From Cyanophora paradoxa CCMP329 (taxonomy: Eukaryota; Plantae; Glaucophyta): 64,000 nt of DNA. Location of the stretch: assembly GCA_004431415.1 (NCBI GenBank), contig QPMI01000137.1, positions 5,870 to 69,869 on the forward strand, written 5' to 3'. Positions 41,085 to 52,591 of this stretch are shown here, in pieces. The position numbers were made by a program, and so were the translations under genes. Within the stretch, counting starts at the first letter, position 1. Each line of letters begins with the position of its first letter. The notes under the pieces are model-generated. The model worked only from the letters and a program-made list of their open reading frames with translations, had not been told where the DNA came from and ran no database searches.

Positions 41085-41680
41085 GGCCCTAGAGTGTGTC
41101 GATGGGGAGGTTCGTGCCGACGGCTTGCTGTTTCTGATTGACGAGCCGGACGACCTCGACGCCACCAACGGTCACGCTTACGTTGGAAACCTGCGCGCAA
41201 AGATTGGGCGTAACCGGAGGGGGCGCAGAGCACGTCGGCGCACCCATGAGACCCAGAAGCCATTGAAGCGTGGCTGCAGCGGGACTGATGTGCCTTGGGA
41301 GATGTCGACGGCTTTGGTGCTGGCGGGGATAGGGATCTCCTTCTTGGTCGCCTTGTTTGCGAAGAAGACACGAGCGACATCGTCTGTGACGCGCTCAATG
41401 TGCAGATTCGTTTCACCGTCCGGGAGCTCAACGATATTCACGCGCTCATTCTTGTAAGAAAACGATCCTTTATACTGAGTTCCCTTCCCTCTGCGCAGAA
41501 CGTCTGCGATCAGCAGCAGCAGTGCGCGGGCAATGACGCGGGCGCACCGATTCAGAGCCGCTTCAACATCGCCAGAGATAGCTGCGGCTGTCGTGTAGAA
41601 GGTTGTGTTTATGCGTGGGATGCCGAGCGAGACGCCGCGGGCGGCCAAACGCAACATTTGTTCTGTCAAGAGTGTACCCC
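41085..41680 (-). CDS. Unknown multi-exon gene fragment
   Basis: Coding-like stretch TQYKGSFSYKNERVNIVELPDGETNLHIERVTDDVARVFFANK with apparent introns; no family recognised. Confidence 0.35.
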
Positions 41681-42304
41681 CTGTTGACTTCGGGCCCAAT
41701 CGGCCTTGGGGAAAGGAGAGGCCCTTAGGTCTGTTGCTCTCTTGCAGCAAACTTCAAACTGAGATTAAAGCAAAATTTTCGGCCTTGGGGAAAGGAGAGG
41801 CCCTTAGGTCTGTTGCTATCCTGTCCGTAAATTCAAAATGTGATTCAGGTAAAAAAGTTTGGACCTAGGTACCCATTTTCGACCCTGGCCATGGGGAACG
41901 ATCAACTCTTCTTTGGATCTCCGGGCCGCGCTCCGCGCGGTCGGCCTAGGCTCGCCTTGCGGCCGCCGGATTATATATTGTAATGCCATGATCACCGAGG
42001 ATCGTCCGAAACGTTCGCGCTCGCGGCGAAAATCAGTACACACACTCTTAAGATACTATTCTTTCAAATTGTCACTCATTTATATCGAGATGGCGCGCTG
42101 GTGGTTCAATATTTGTCGGCGTGACCGTCAAAATGAGGGAAGGCGGCTAAGGCATGGCACCCAGGCACGGCACAGGCTCTGCTGGGGCCAGAAAAGCGAT
42201 AAACGAAAGCTATTTGAGTTCTTCACACGCTCTACAAGGCAGCAGGTACAAGAACAGGGCGGGTCGGGCCGGTGGGACATGGCAGGGATGGGGCCCCTCA
42301 TGAT

Positions 42305-43230
42305 CAGCCGCCCCTCCGAGCCCCGCCACCGCCCGCCGCGCCCCCCGCCTCGTCCGGCAAGCGGCGCCGCCGTTCGTCGCGCGCCCACCCCTCCCGGCGA
42401 GCCGCGCCGCCACCCGCCGGGCACCCGCCCCGCCGACGAGCCCCGCCGCCGCCCGCCGGCCGCCGCCGCGCGCCGCGCGCCCGCCCCGCCCGCGAGCTCC
42501 GCCGCCGCCCTCCGCGCCCCCGCCCCGCCCGGCGAGCCCCGCCGCCGCCCGCCGCGCCCCCGCCCCGCCCGGCGAGCCGCGCCGCCGCCCGCCGCGCCTC
42601 CGCCCGCCCGGCGAGCCCCGCCGCCGCCCGCCGCGCCCCGCCCCGCCCGGCGAGCCGCGCCGCCGCCCGCCGGGCCCCGCCCCGCCCGCGAGCCGGGCCG
42701 CCGCCCGCCGCGCCCCCGCCCCGCCCGGCGAGCCCCGCCGCCGCCCGCCGCGCGCCCGCCCCGCCCGCGAGCCGCGCCGCCGCCCGCCGCGCCTCCGCCC
42801 GCCCGGCGAGCCGCGCCGCCGCCCGCCGCGCGCCCGCCCCGCCCCGCGAGCTCCGCCGCCGCCCTCCGCGCCCCCGCCCCGCCCGGCGAGCTCCGCCGCC
42901 GCCCGCCGCGCCCCGCCCCGCCCGGCGAGCCGCGCCGCCGCCCGCCGGGCCCCCGCCCCGCCCGGCGAGCCGCGCTGCCGGTGAACTTGGGCCGGGGGCC
43001 GCCCGGCGCGCCCCCGCGCCATCCAGCGAGCCGCGCCGCCGCCCGCCGAGCCTCCACCCCGTACGGAGAGCCGCGTCGCCGCCCGCCCGCCCGCCACGTC
43101 CGGCGAGCCCGGCGGCCCCGCGCGCTGCCGCCCAAGTCAGGGTGAGCAGGTTCACGAACTGCACGCGCTCCTCCGGCGCCCGGCGCGCGCTCTGCCGCCC
43201 AAGTCAGGGTGAGCAGGTTCACGAACTGCA
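42305..43230. repeat. Extremely GC-rich minisatellite (cccgcccggcgagccgcgccgccgcccgccgcg variants)
   Basis: About 20 degenerate units, almost no A/T. Confidence 0.9.
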
Positions 43231-43763
43231 GCAGTATCTTAGTGCTGCCGAAGCCAGCGGCGGAGTACTGCGGTCGGCAGCAGTTCAGCCGATCGGCAGC
43301 AGTTCAGCCGGGCGGCTGCGCGACGGGCAGGGGCACAGCAACCTGGCAGAGACGTCCTTCGAAGTTCCGTCGTGCTTCCGAAGTTCCAAGGCAGGTCGTG
43401 CAGCGCATTCTGAGCGGCTGCTGGTCGCCCGCGTGGGCTTTCTCGGCGCGGCTGGTCCTATCTCGCCGACACCGCGCTTTCACTTCTCAAGAAGCTCCAG
43501 GGCGTGCGGGAAGCGAGTTCTTTTGCTTCACGGGGTAGGCAAAGCGCGTTTTTTTCGCGTTTTTTTCTGGCTCCGCGCATCATCGGGGCGATCCGCGCAA
43601 GGCGCGCGGCTCCCGCATCGCTCGCCGCTCTTGTTAGACGCTCTAGGTGCGATGCGCATCGCCAGCGGAGGTCGCTCGGCGCGAGTTGTGGGACCTGTTG
43701 GTGGTTGTTCCTGGTGCCCCCGCCCGCCCATTGGCCAGATCTCGTGTGACTCACAGCCGGCAC

Positions 43764-44280
43764 CAGTGTTGCTGAAATTTTATTATCCCAAATTAAAATG
43801 CCATGTAAATTTTCAGTAAACTTTCGAAAACTTTCAGCAAATATTTTCACCCATACAAAGTTTACTTGCACAGCGAAAGTGACACGTTTCTCTGCAGAGA
43901 AGCCTCCAGACACGATCGATATGCGTTAGGATGTCATCGACAACCTTTGTATTACAAGTGCACGAGGTGCAGATGTATCTTTGCCGTTCTTTTCACGTTG
44001 GGGAGGGGGGTACGGTTCCTGAGAAATGCATACTCTGGTTTCTTGACACCAGCAGAGACCGCCAGAATGTGTCCAGGCCTCCATAGTCTCGTAGTTCGAC
44101 GGATTTGACCCTCGTTTATGGCGTGAAACGCCCCCAGAATGGCCTCTTGAAAAGTACCCCCCTTGCAAATTTATTGAAAGTTTTCATTGCTCATTTTGGA
44201 GGTGAAAATTTACTGAAAATTTACATGAAAATTTTCAAGTTGCAATTGAAAGTTTGGAAAGTGAAAGTTTAGCATCACTG
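43764..44280. mobile_element. hAT-type non-autonomous element (MITE), 517 bp
   Basis: TIRs CAGTGTTGCTGAAA / TTTAGCATCACTG, AT-rich subterminal inverted repeats, perfect 8-bp TSD GCCGGCAC at 43756-43763 and 44281-44288. Confidence 0.9.
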
Positions 44281-44658
44281 GCCGGCACAGCCGCGGGCCG
44301 GCACACCAGGACACATGCATGATCAAAACAACACGAGCTCGAGGCCTGCAGCTGGTGTGGAAAAGTGATTTCCACACGGTTATCATTTCCACTGGGCCAC
44401 ACGGAACACATGCGCATGCGCGCCGCGCGCGCGCGGGGTTGTACTGTGAACTTGTACATGTACTGTCTATACGGGCTCAGCGGCTCTTGATCCCGGCCCG
44501 CCGTCACCAGTATACGTACCCCGGCCCACGCATGCGAGTACAGCTGCGCATGGCTGCGATATACGTACTACGGTATATGTATACGTACTACGGTATATAC
44601 GTAGCTATAAAGCTATCAACTGCACCTCCCCCAGAAAGCTTCAGCGAGCTTAAAGCAA

Positions 44659-45933
44659 TTAGGGAACTTCTTCCATGAAGTGCACAAGGGGCTGGTTATA
44701 TCCTGTCCTCGAAACGCTCCCGCGTGGAGAAGGCAAAGCCACCGCTGGTCCACGACTTGCGGTCCTGCGCGAATCTGCAACACCCTCAGGCAAGAGCCGG
44801 GGCGGGCGGGCAGGAGCATGAAGGTGCGCGCACGTGAAGTTGCTGTCGGGGATCTTGTTCACGTGCTGCCTGAACCGGCGTGTGGAGGATTTGAAGGCCG
44901 AGGCAGCAGCCGGAGGAGCCTTGGGCCCCGGTACACTAATGTCGTAGTCGCCAGGCCCCAAGTTCATTGATTGGCTCTTCCGGCTCTGTCAAGCCGTCGG
45001 GAGGTGAACTTCACGATAGGGAGGGACCGGCAGGAGGGCGCACCTCGTCGGGGAAGCGTGGCACCTTCGAGCGGAGCGTCGCGTACCTCACTGGCGACTC
45101 TTCCACCGACCGCGCTAGTGATCCCACTTTCTCCACGTCGTACGGCGCTGGACCCCGCGTCGATCCGTGTCCCCACAACACCCCGCCGCGCCCAGCGCAC
45201 CGAGGTTCCGGGTCAGCTCTCCGGTGGCCGCTAGCGGATCGCCCTTCGTCGAGAATCGTTCACCCCGCGACCTGCGCCCGGGCGTTGGCACGCGGCACGA
45301 CTGACGGGGTGCGGGGGAGCAGACACTGCGAATCCCTTGCTGACCCACTGCACGCGCAGGAAATTCAGCGGTCGAGCGCAAGCGAGCACGAGGGGGTGCC
45401 AGGTACCTTTTTCTCGTCGAACTCTGGCCCGTACGAAGATTCGGTGGCAGTGATCTTTGGCTTGCTGAACCTCGAGACGGTCGAGCGGAATGCGCTCGTG
45501 CGCTTGATATCAAGCACCGCCAGAGCGCCGGAGTAACGTGGGTGGATATCTATGTTGAAGTAAGCTCGAGGATCAGCACCTGATCGAACAGTAAACGTAT
45601 GATGAGTACATACCGTACGTTTGCGGACCCAACACCCGCTCGTGCCCCCCGTCCTTTGGCGATGCGAAGCGCTCCGTCTTGCTTCGAAGAACAGCTAGCC
45701 TAATCGGGCTCTTCTCAAGCTGCCGGGCCATAGAGGTCGCCTTGTCCACGTCATAGAGCCCAGGGTCTGGGCTCTGAGGACGGTCCTGCGAGGCACTTAG
45801 CTACTAGCTACACTGAGGGGGCGAGCCTGCGACGCACTGATATCCCAGGGACAGGGTTGAAACGCCGCTCGGAGATTCCAAAACCAGGGGTTGTCGCGGC
45901 AGCCAGGCGCGACCGGCTAGTCGAAAGGTCCAT
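44659..45933 (-). CDS. Sperm-tail PG-rich (SHIPPO) repeat protein, ciliary type, multi-exon
   Basis: SPDPGLYDV, LGPQTY, SAFRSTVSRF, LGPGDYDISV, SAFKSSTRRF. Confidence 0.7.
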
Positions 45934-46287
45934 GAATGGGGGCGCTCAGAGCGTTGTGCTGGCCCCTGGTGAGCTCCGTCCTGGTCCGTCCAAATTGGGC
46001 CGGAAGGGGAGTAGAGGCGCTCGGGTCGCTATACCGCTTCTTTAGCTACGATAGCTAGCGATTTCGCTTTTAGTGCTGCGAGGCGCGGGGGTGATAGAAT
46101 TGGGTGGAAGTTCGCTAGCTACGTATTCGGCTGTTATCTTCTGCTTTGCTTCTCTATCTGCTTCGGCTGTTATCTCTCTTGCACTCTCAGCCGCTTTGAG
46201 CCACTCTCAGCACTGAGCAAAGCCAGAGCACAGTCTGAGCACACTCAGCACAGTCAGAGCACTCTGGAAGGGGGTACGCAGAGAAAA

Positions 46288-48738
46288 ATGGCCGGCAGCG
46301 CCAGCCTTCCCGACGCCGCTGCAACTGCCCTCCAGCTTGTGATGAAGAACGGGACATATGACGAGCTGAGGCGGGAGGTGAACAGCGAGCTGGAGTCGTC
46401 TGGGGCGCTGGACCGCATCAGGCAGCACGTCGAGCGCGCCCTCGATTCCAGCAGCGTTGCGCGAGCTATCAAGCGAGGCGAAAGACCCGATGAGCGCGTT
46501 GCGAGGGACCAGCTCAGCCAGGACGTCGACAGGTCCGCGTTCGCAGGCCGAACACCCCGGCCGAACCCCTGAGCGCGTTCTCGTCCTTCTTGCAGGGCTC
46601 TCGTTCCGCAGCTGATCGGAGAGGCCGTCAACGAGCGCCTCCTTTTGAACGCGCCGCTCGGGCAAAAGCTCATTCAGCGACTCCAAGATGCGTTTACAAA
46701 GGCTCGGGCCAACCAGACGGCATCGACGGGCACGCGCGTGGTATTCTTCTCCCATTTACTGCGGCTGATATTCCGCGCAGCAACCGGGGCCTCCAAACGC
46801 CCCACTCCGAGCGCGCCCAGCCAGCAGGAACAGAAACCGCACTTGTCCCTGGAGGACGCGCTCCTCGGTGCTAGCCGTATGTGCCTTGCGTAATGCAGCA
46901 GGGTCTGACGCGCGCACAGGCGGCTCCGGGATCGCGCTTCCAGGGTCAAGGCCGCGCCCGCCACAGGGGCCGCCGCAAACGCGGAAGCCGGGTGTCTCTG
47001 CACCACCTGGCACGGCCAAACTTCTGCAGGGCGCAGTTCCGGCGCGACCGCCCGGCCAGGCACGCCCCGGGCAAGCGCTGCAGCCGTCAGGGGGCCCAGG
47101 CCGCACGGCCGCGCAGCGGACGGCGTCCGGGTCACCGACGCCAGCGACCCAGTCGAACAGCGACGGAGCGCCACCTGCCACTCCCGCCGCGCCCTCTCCC
47201 TTGCCAAGCCCGGGGACAGACCCCGAGGCCTCCCCCCGCGCCTCGCCCCAGGTGCACCCTCGACCGCCTGACCTGACCGTGGCCGCCCGTGACCGCGCCA
47301 GCAGCCCGGAGCAGACGCCCCCTCGGCGTCCTCGTCGCGCGCTGCGGAGGCCTCTTCTGAGGGAGTGGCCCCCGACGGGCCTGCTGGCGTACCGGAGGAT
47401 ACGCTAGACGGCGAGGCAGGCGGGGGGGTCGGCGGCAGTGGGCGCCGGCGACTTCGGCACGCGCGACTGCCGGACGAGGACGAAGAAGCCAGGCCGGAGG
47501 CTCCCGCTGTAGCGGGGGCCGCGGAGCCTCAGCCAGCGCCATCTGAGGCCGCCTTTCCGCCAAACGTCAGCAGCCGCCCGAAGCGGGCTAGGCGGCCCTC
47601 GAGCAAGGCCGTTGCCGCCGCGGGGGAGGCAGAGGCGGCAGCAGCAAAGGAGCCGCCGGTGACGGGGGCTGCAAAGGAGGCGGCGGCGACGGAGGCGGGC
47701 GAGGGGGATGGGGAGGCGAAAGCGGCGCGGGACGAGGCGGGGGAGGAAGCGGCGGCCGTGGTGGTGGTCGTGGCGGAGGTGACGGAGGAAGAGGCGGCCG
47801 ACGGCCGGCATCCCGCGGAGGCTCCCAACGTCCTCGCCCCGGCCGCTCAACCGTCAGAGGAAGCCCTCCGGGGCCGCCCGGCGCGCCAGGCGTCGGCAGC
47901 GCCCGGCAAGGGTGCGCGGGGCACGTCGCGGAGCGCTGGGCGCCCGCGGGGCCGCCCGCGGCGCGGTGTGGCGAAGGACGGCGATGTCGAGGAGGAGGAG
48001 AAGGCGGCGGGGCCGGTGGAGGACGACAGCGCCGCCCCCGCGCCGGCGAATGGCGACCCCGCGGAGCCCAAGCAGACCAAGAGGGGGCGCAGGAAGGGGC
48101 GGAAGGAGGAGGCCAAGGAGCAGCCCGACGAGGAGGCCGCCGAGGAGCCCGAGCCGGCGCCGAATGACGAGGAGGCCGCCGAGGAGCCCGAGCCGGCGCC
48201 CAAGGAGGGAACCAGGGAGGCCGACGACGTCGAAGCAGGAAAGCGCTCGGAGGGCGAGGACGCGAAGGGAAAGGCGGCCGGCGCCAAGGACCGCCGCAGA
48301 GGGCGCGCGGGGCAGCCAGCGGTGCCTACCCGGCGCTCGAAGCGGGGCCGAGCAGCAGAGGAGACGGAGGCGGCGGCGGAGGAGGCGGCAAGCTCTGCCG
48401 CATCGTCGAGCTCCGAGGCTGGATCCGACGCCGAGGAGGAGGCTGGCCCCAAGGGCCCGCGGCGGGCCCCCGCCTCCACGGCACGGCAGCGCCGGCCTGC
48501 AGGAAAGGCCAAGGGGACCCGCGGCGGAGCCAAGAGGGCGGCGGAAGCGAAGGCGTCGGAGAGCGAGGACTCCAGCAGCGCGCCCGAGAGCGAGGCGGCG
48601 GCCGACGAGCAAGAGGATTCTCCAAAGGGACGCAAGCGGGGGGGGGCCGCGCGGGGTAAGCGTAAGGCGGCGGCGAGCTCCGCGTCGACGTCGACGACCA
48701 CGCCCTCCGCCACCCGCTCCAAGCGCCGCAGGAAGTAG
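46288..48738 (+). CDS. BOD1/COMPASS-Shg1-domain protein with long charged low-complexity tail and AT-hook-like motif
   Basis: VMKNGTYDELRREV N-terminus; GRPRGRPR; C-terminal NLS-like RSKRRRK. Confidence 0.68.
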
Positions 48739-49560
48739 CCGTAGCCGCAGCCGCCCATGAGACCTCGATCTTTATATCTAAATCCGTTGCTCCTTGGCGC
48801 CTCGCTATCTGGATCCGTCGCTATTTCGCGCCGCCACCATGCGCAGCCGGCGCCGGCGCCGGCCCCCGCGCGTGGCCCGGGGGGAGCCGCTGAGCCGTGA
48901 GCCGCGGCCGGGCGGTCCATATGCATGACGTCGACATATTATATATATATATATATATGCGCATGCCGCAGTGCGCATGCGTGATCATGAGCCGCGGCTA
49001 TGCGCATGCGCGCGCGTGCGCTGCGCGGCGACGTCGATCGATATCGACGCGTACGTATACGCAGCTAGCGCTGTCATGGCCAGTGCGCATGCAGCGCATG
49101 AGCATGCGCATATGCCTCTGCTGCTACATGCATGCCATGATGCCTGCATGCATGCGCATGCGCAGCTAGCTGCGGCCGCAAGTACTAGCTAGCGCTATAT
49201 ATAGGAGGGCCATCAATGGGCCAAACGCGAAAAGTCAACTCCGAGAGCTCGAGACTCGGAAGTGACGCTTGGATTGCGGAGGTTCTTATAACCGCCGCAA
49301 CAGCTGTGGGGGTACCCCCTCCGAGGCTGGCGATCGCGGCGATCACGACCCTGGCGATCGCGATTTTCTCCCGATCGCGACCCTTTTCGATCGCGATTTC
49401 GAGATCGGGGACATTAATGCGATCGCGAGAAAGGAAAAATCGGAAAAGGCCGAAAAGTGCCGTTTTCACGCGTGAAATCGATCGAAAACGAGGGTTCGAA
49501 TCCCGGGCCCGGATTTGGACTTGGTCAGAATCTCGAGTCAAAATGGGAGAAAAATGTGAC

Positions 49561-49645
49561 CTGGGACTTGGGACTTGGGACTTGGGACTTGGACTTGGGA
49601 CTTGGGACTTGGGAAGAGTTGGAATCAGAGTCTGGACCCAAAAGC
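49561..49645 (+). repeat. (GGGACTT)n array plus conserved tail, copy R1
   Basis: About 7 units followed by gggaagagttggaatcagagtctggaccca. Confidence 0.92.
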
Positions 49646-49671
49646 GGGGAAATTTTCGGACGGGGAGAAAA

Positions 49672-50141
49672 ATGTCAGGCAATCTCTATTACGATTTTCC
49701 CTTTGAGTTGAATATGGCATTCGAGAGGTTGCGCGAGTTCTGGCGTTGGCACCTCACGGGACATGACATCCCCGACGTAACACCAGAGCCCAACACACAG
49801 GGCGTGCTTGAAGTCATCCGTCAATATCCGCGTCGATTCAATGAATGGATTGAGTTCCACGCGACGAGCCGTTTCCAGAGCCTCCCGAGGCCATACGCGA
49901 AAATTTCGTGAGGCTGGTGGGACCAGGCTACGACAACCCTAACAATCATAGACCACGCCCAGCTGGCGTGACACGCGAAGCTCGAGAAGACCGTAGACTT
50001 TTCCGCAGGGAATTGAGAGAGGATAGACGGAGGCTTTCAATGGGGCTCCCGCAGATTGTGAGGGGGTACAGCCCGGATTACGAGACTTACCAAGAATTGT
50101 ACGGCTTCGAAAATCCCTTTGAGAGGGCACTACCAGGGTGA
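49672..50141 (+). CDS. Viral hypothetical protein (MSGNLYYDFP..), probably frameshifted near 49900
   Basis: ATG preceded by the element promoter motif aattttcgga; overlapping continuation ORF 49908-50141. Confidence 0.5.
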
Positions 50142-50480
50142 GGGGCCAGGGGGGCCCCTGAGGGTGTACCCCCCATCCGAGACTCGACCTTCGGCGGACG
50201 CACTCGGGCGATTTCCGTCAGGCCGGCTCCCTTTTTCTGCCTTCGGTCCAACGCTAAATTTGGCTTTTTTCAGGCCAGTTGGCAACGTTTTCCGTTGCGA
50301 ACTAGACCGCGAAAAAAATCGCCCACAAAACCGCGGTCCGCCGCCATTTTGGCTCACTCTTGAAACGGGTTCGCCGCCTTCTCTCAGCCCAAGGAAACCC
50401 CGCCTCTCCGAATTTTCACAAGTCCGCCCTCACAGTCACCTCACGTTTTGCCTTTGCTGATTTCTTTTCCCTTTGCGCAG

Positions 50481-51545
50481 ATGTCGATTCCCGCTGAGCT
50501 TGCCGAGGACTTCGCCTTTGTCCAAGCAACGTGGGCTAACTCCGGTGGCACTCAAGGGGCTACCCCTGAGATGGAGCAGCGCGCCGACGCTCTGGGGTAC
50601 ATCTACAATTATGCCATCTTACGCGCCACTGGCCCCGAAGTGCAACTTCTCCCAAGTCCGCCTTCACGTCCAAGGCCAAGAAATCCAAGTCCAAGCAACC
50701 CAAGCCCGAGCCCCCGTCGACGTGCCCCCCGTCCCCGGCTGGGTCAAGACCGCCAACGGCTGGGGCGACCCCAAGCTTTTCGCCGAGTCTGCTGCCGAGA
50801 CGCTCGCCTGGGCCTACCCCCTCAAGTCTTCACGAATTACCCCCTCCGTCATCGTCGTCATCTGCCCTCAGCCCGTCGCCGAGCCCGCCCCGAGCCCGCC
50901 GATGACGCCAAGTCCGAGGCCTCTGACGTCGAGTCTGACATCAACGACTTCATCGACTTTGACGTGCCGATTCCATACGACTCTGAGTCGTCTTCTGACT
51001 CTGAAGGCGACAACGAAAACCCGACTCGCAAGCGCCGCATTATCAAGACCAAGTCAATCGTCAAGAAGAAGTTCATGGAGACTACGTCATTCACCGACAA
51101 CTCCGAGCGCGTCAAGGACCCCGCCAAGGCACACGAGAAGGACTTGAAGCTCGGCGCCGGCATTGCCCGTTCTCGCGTGACGTCACACTACAGCGAGCGC
51201 CTGACTCAGCACGTCAAGACCATTGAGAAGCGCGTCCTCTGCAACGAGCTCCGCAAGGAGTTGGAGCGCAAGCGGCGCCACGAGCGCCTTGTCCAGTACC
51301 AGATCAACAAGGCGCGGATCGCCGAGCGCAAGCAGAAGGAGGCGGCCGAGCTCAAGGCGCGCATCGAGGCTCAGCAGCAGCGCGAGGCAGAGGCGGCAGC
51401 GGCCTTGGCGGCGCAGCGCGAGCGCGAGCGGCAGGACTTGGTGCAGGCAGCGCAGTCCCTTCCCCGCATTCCCCTTAAGTCGGCGCCCGAGGGCCTCATT
51501 GAGTTGGTTTCCGATGACGATGACTCTGACTTTGAGATGCTGTAA
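50481..51545 (+). CDS. Viral hypothetical protein: acidic patch, NLS-like RKRR, coiled coil, C-terminal SIM-like LIELVSDDDD
   Basis: Long ORF with apparent compensating internal frameshifts; splice-acceptor-like ttttccctttgcgcag directly before the ATG. Confidence 0.6.
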   Translation: MSIPAELAEDFAFVQATWANSGGTQGATPEMEQRADALGYIYNYAILRATGPEVQLLPSPPSRPRPRNPSPSNPSPSPRRRAPRPRLGQDRQRLGRPQAFRRVCCRDARLGLPPQVFTNYPLRHRRHLPSARRRARPEPADDAKSEASDVESDINDFIDFDVPIPYDSESSSDSEGDNENPTRKRRIIKTKSIVKKKFMETTSFTDNSERVKDPAKAHEKDLKLGAGIARSRVTSHYSERLTQHVKTIEKRVLCNELRKELERKRRHERLVQYQINKARIAERKQKEAAELKARIEAQQQREAEAAAALAAQRERERQDLVQAAQSLPRIPLKSAPEGLIELVSDDDDSDFEML

Positions 51546-51616
51546 ATAGTATTGCGTCATTCCATTGTACATACTTGTAAAAATTGGCCGACTATTCAGT
51601 TACGACTTGGCGCGAT

Positions 51617-52204
51617 CCTGGGACTTGGGACTTGGGACTTGGGACTTGGGACTTGGGACTTGGGAAGAGTTAGACTCAGGGTCTGGGCCCAGAATCTCTC
51701 TGGATCTGAGAGTTTGCCGCGCCAAGTCCCTAACCACCGGGCAGACATGTAGAGGGGTACGGAAATCTGCATATGACGTTTCTGGTGACATTCCAGGTGA
51801 GATTTCAAGCGAGGTAGAGTCTGAACTGGTGTACGACTTGTAGCATGATACTGGACATGAAAGCTCACGAGAGTATGCAACCGAAAACGGATGTGAAGAG
51901 GGGTAGGAGTTTTCGTGTGAGATGTCGAGAGAAGGAGGGTACGAGATGGGATACGAGTAAAAAAGACTACGAGTAAAAAAGACTACGAGTAAAAAAGAGT
52001 ATGAGGAGTGGTAGGAGTAAAAAAGTCGGTAGAAAAACTCACCTGACTTGTCTGACAAATTTCTGATCCTGGAGAAAGTCTGGGCCGGGACCTGGGTTTC
52101 AACTCTTCCCAAGTCCCAAGTCCCAAGTCCCAAGTCCCAAGTCCCAAGTCCCAAGTCCCAAGTCCCAAGTCCCAAGTCCCAAGTCCCAAGTCCCAAGTCC
52201 CAGG
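51617..52204. repeat. Inverted pair of (GGGACTT)n-plus-tail repeats R2/R3 flanking a ~320-bp spacer
   Basis: R2 ~51617-51728 on +; R3 ~52045-52204 on - with ~13 units; spacer contains acgagtaaaaaagact repeats. Confidence 0.9.
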
Positions 52205-52225
52205 TTTTTCTGAACCTAGGGCAAA

Positions 52226-52591
52226 ATGGCCCTGCTCCGGTGCACCGACTCGCAAGACGTCGCCTACAACGTCCTGGTCAACTCGGACGTACCCCCGAGT
52301 GCCTTGGAGTTTCCCTGGAGAGTGGACAGGGACAGGGTGAGCAAGACGTTTGGAGGGCGCAAGCACTACCTCTCCCAGCTGATCCTCGGGAAGTCGCCAC
52401 GTGGACGCTACGTGGAACACATCAACGGCAACCCGCTGGACTACAGGAGGGAGAACCTGCGCTGGGCATCAATGTCGGAGATTCGCAAGAAGAGGAGGGG
52501 GTACGCCAATTTACAGGAGAAGAGCGAGGAGATTCGGGAGATGATGGAGGCGACACAGGTGCTAATGCAGCTTAGCCAGTCTAGACGCTAG
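52226..52591 (+). CDS. HNH homing-endonuclease-like protein
   Basis: KHYLSQLILG..VEHINGNPLDYRRENLRWAS resembles the VDHINGNxLDNRxxNLR motif, with D->E and N->Y changes. Confidence 0.82.
   Translation: MALLRCTDSQDVAYNVLVNSDVPPSALEFPWRVDRDRVSKTFGGRKHYLSQLILGKSPRGRYVEHINGNPLDYRRENLRWASMSEIRKKRRGYANLQEKSEEIREMMEATQVLMQLSQSRR

Noticed and set aside
41859-43819. Long 290-515-aa Pro/Arg/Ala/Gly ORFs on both strands
   Set aside because: They arise from a stop-free GC minisatellite and show no domain signal.
47404-48926. Minus-strand ORFs opposite the BOD1-like gene
   Set aside because: Shadow ORFs of a GC-rich low-complexity exon.
49330-49430. Cyanobacterial HIP1 (GCGATCGC) as evidence of plastid or cyanobacterial DNA
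   Set aside because: Only a tight local cluster, with no cyanobacterial genes nearby.
52108-52204. True chromosome telomere
   Set aside because: The arrays are internal, short and flanked by element sequence on both sides.
51600-52575. ORFs with LGLGTWD / PKSQVPS repeats (also 49216-49670)
   Set aside because: They are translations of the 7-bp DNA repeat.
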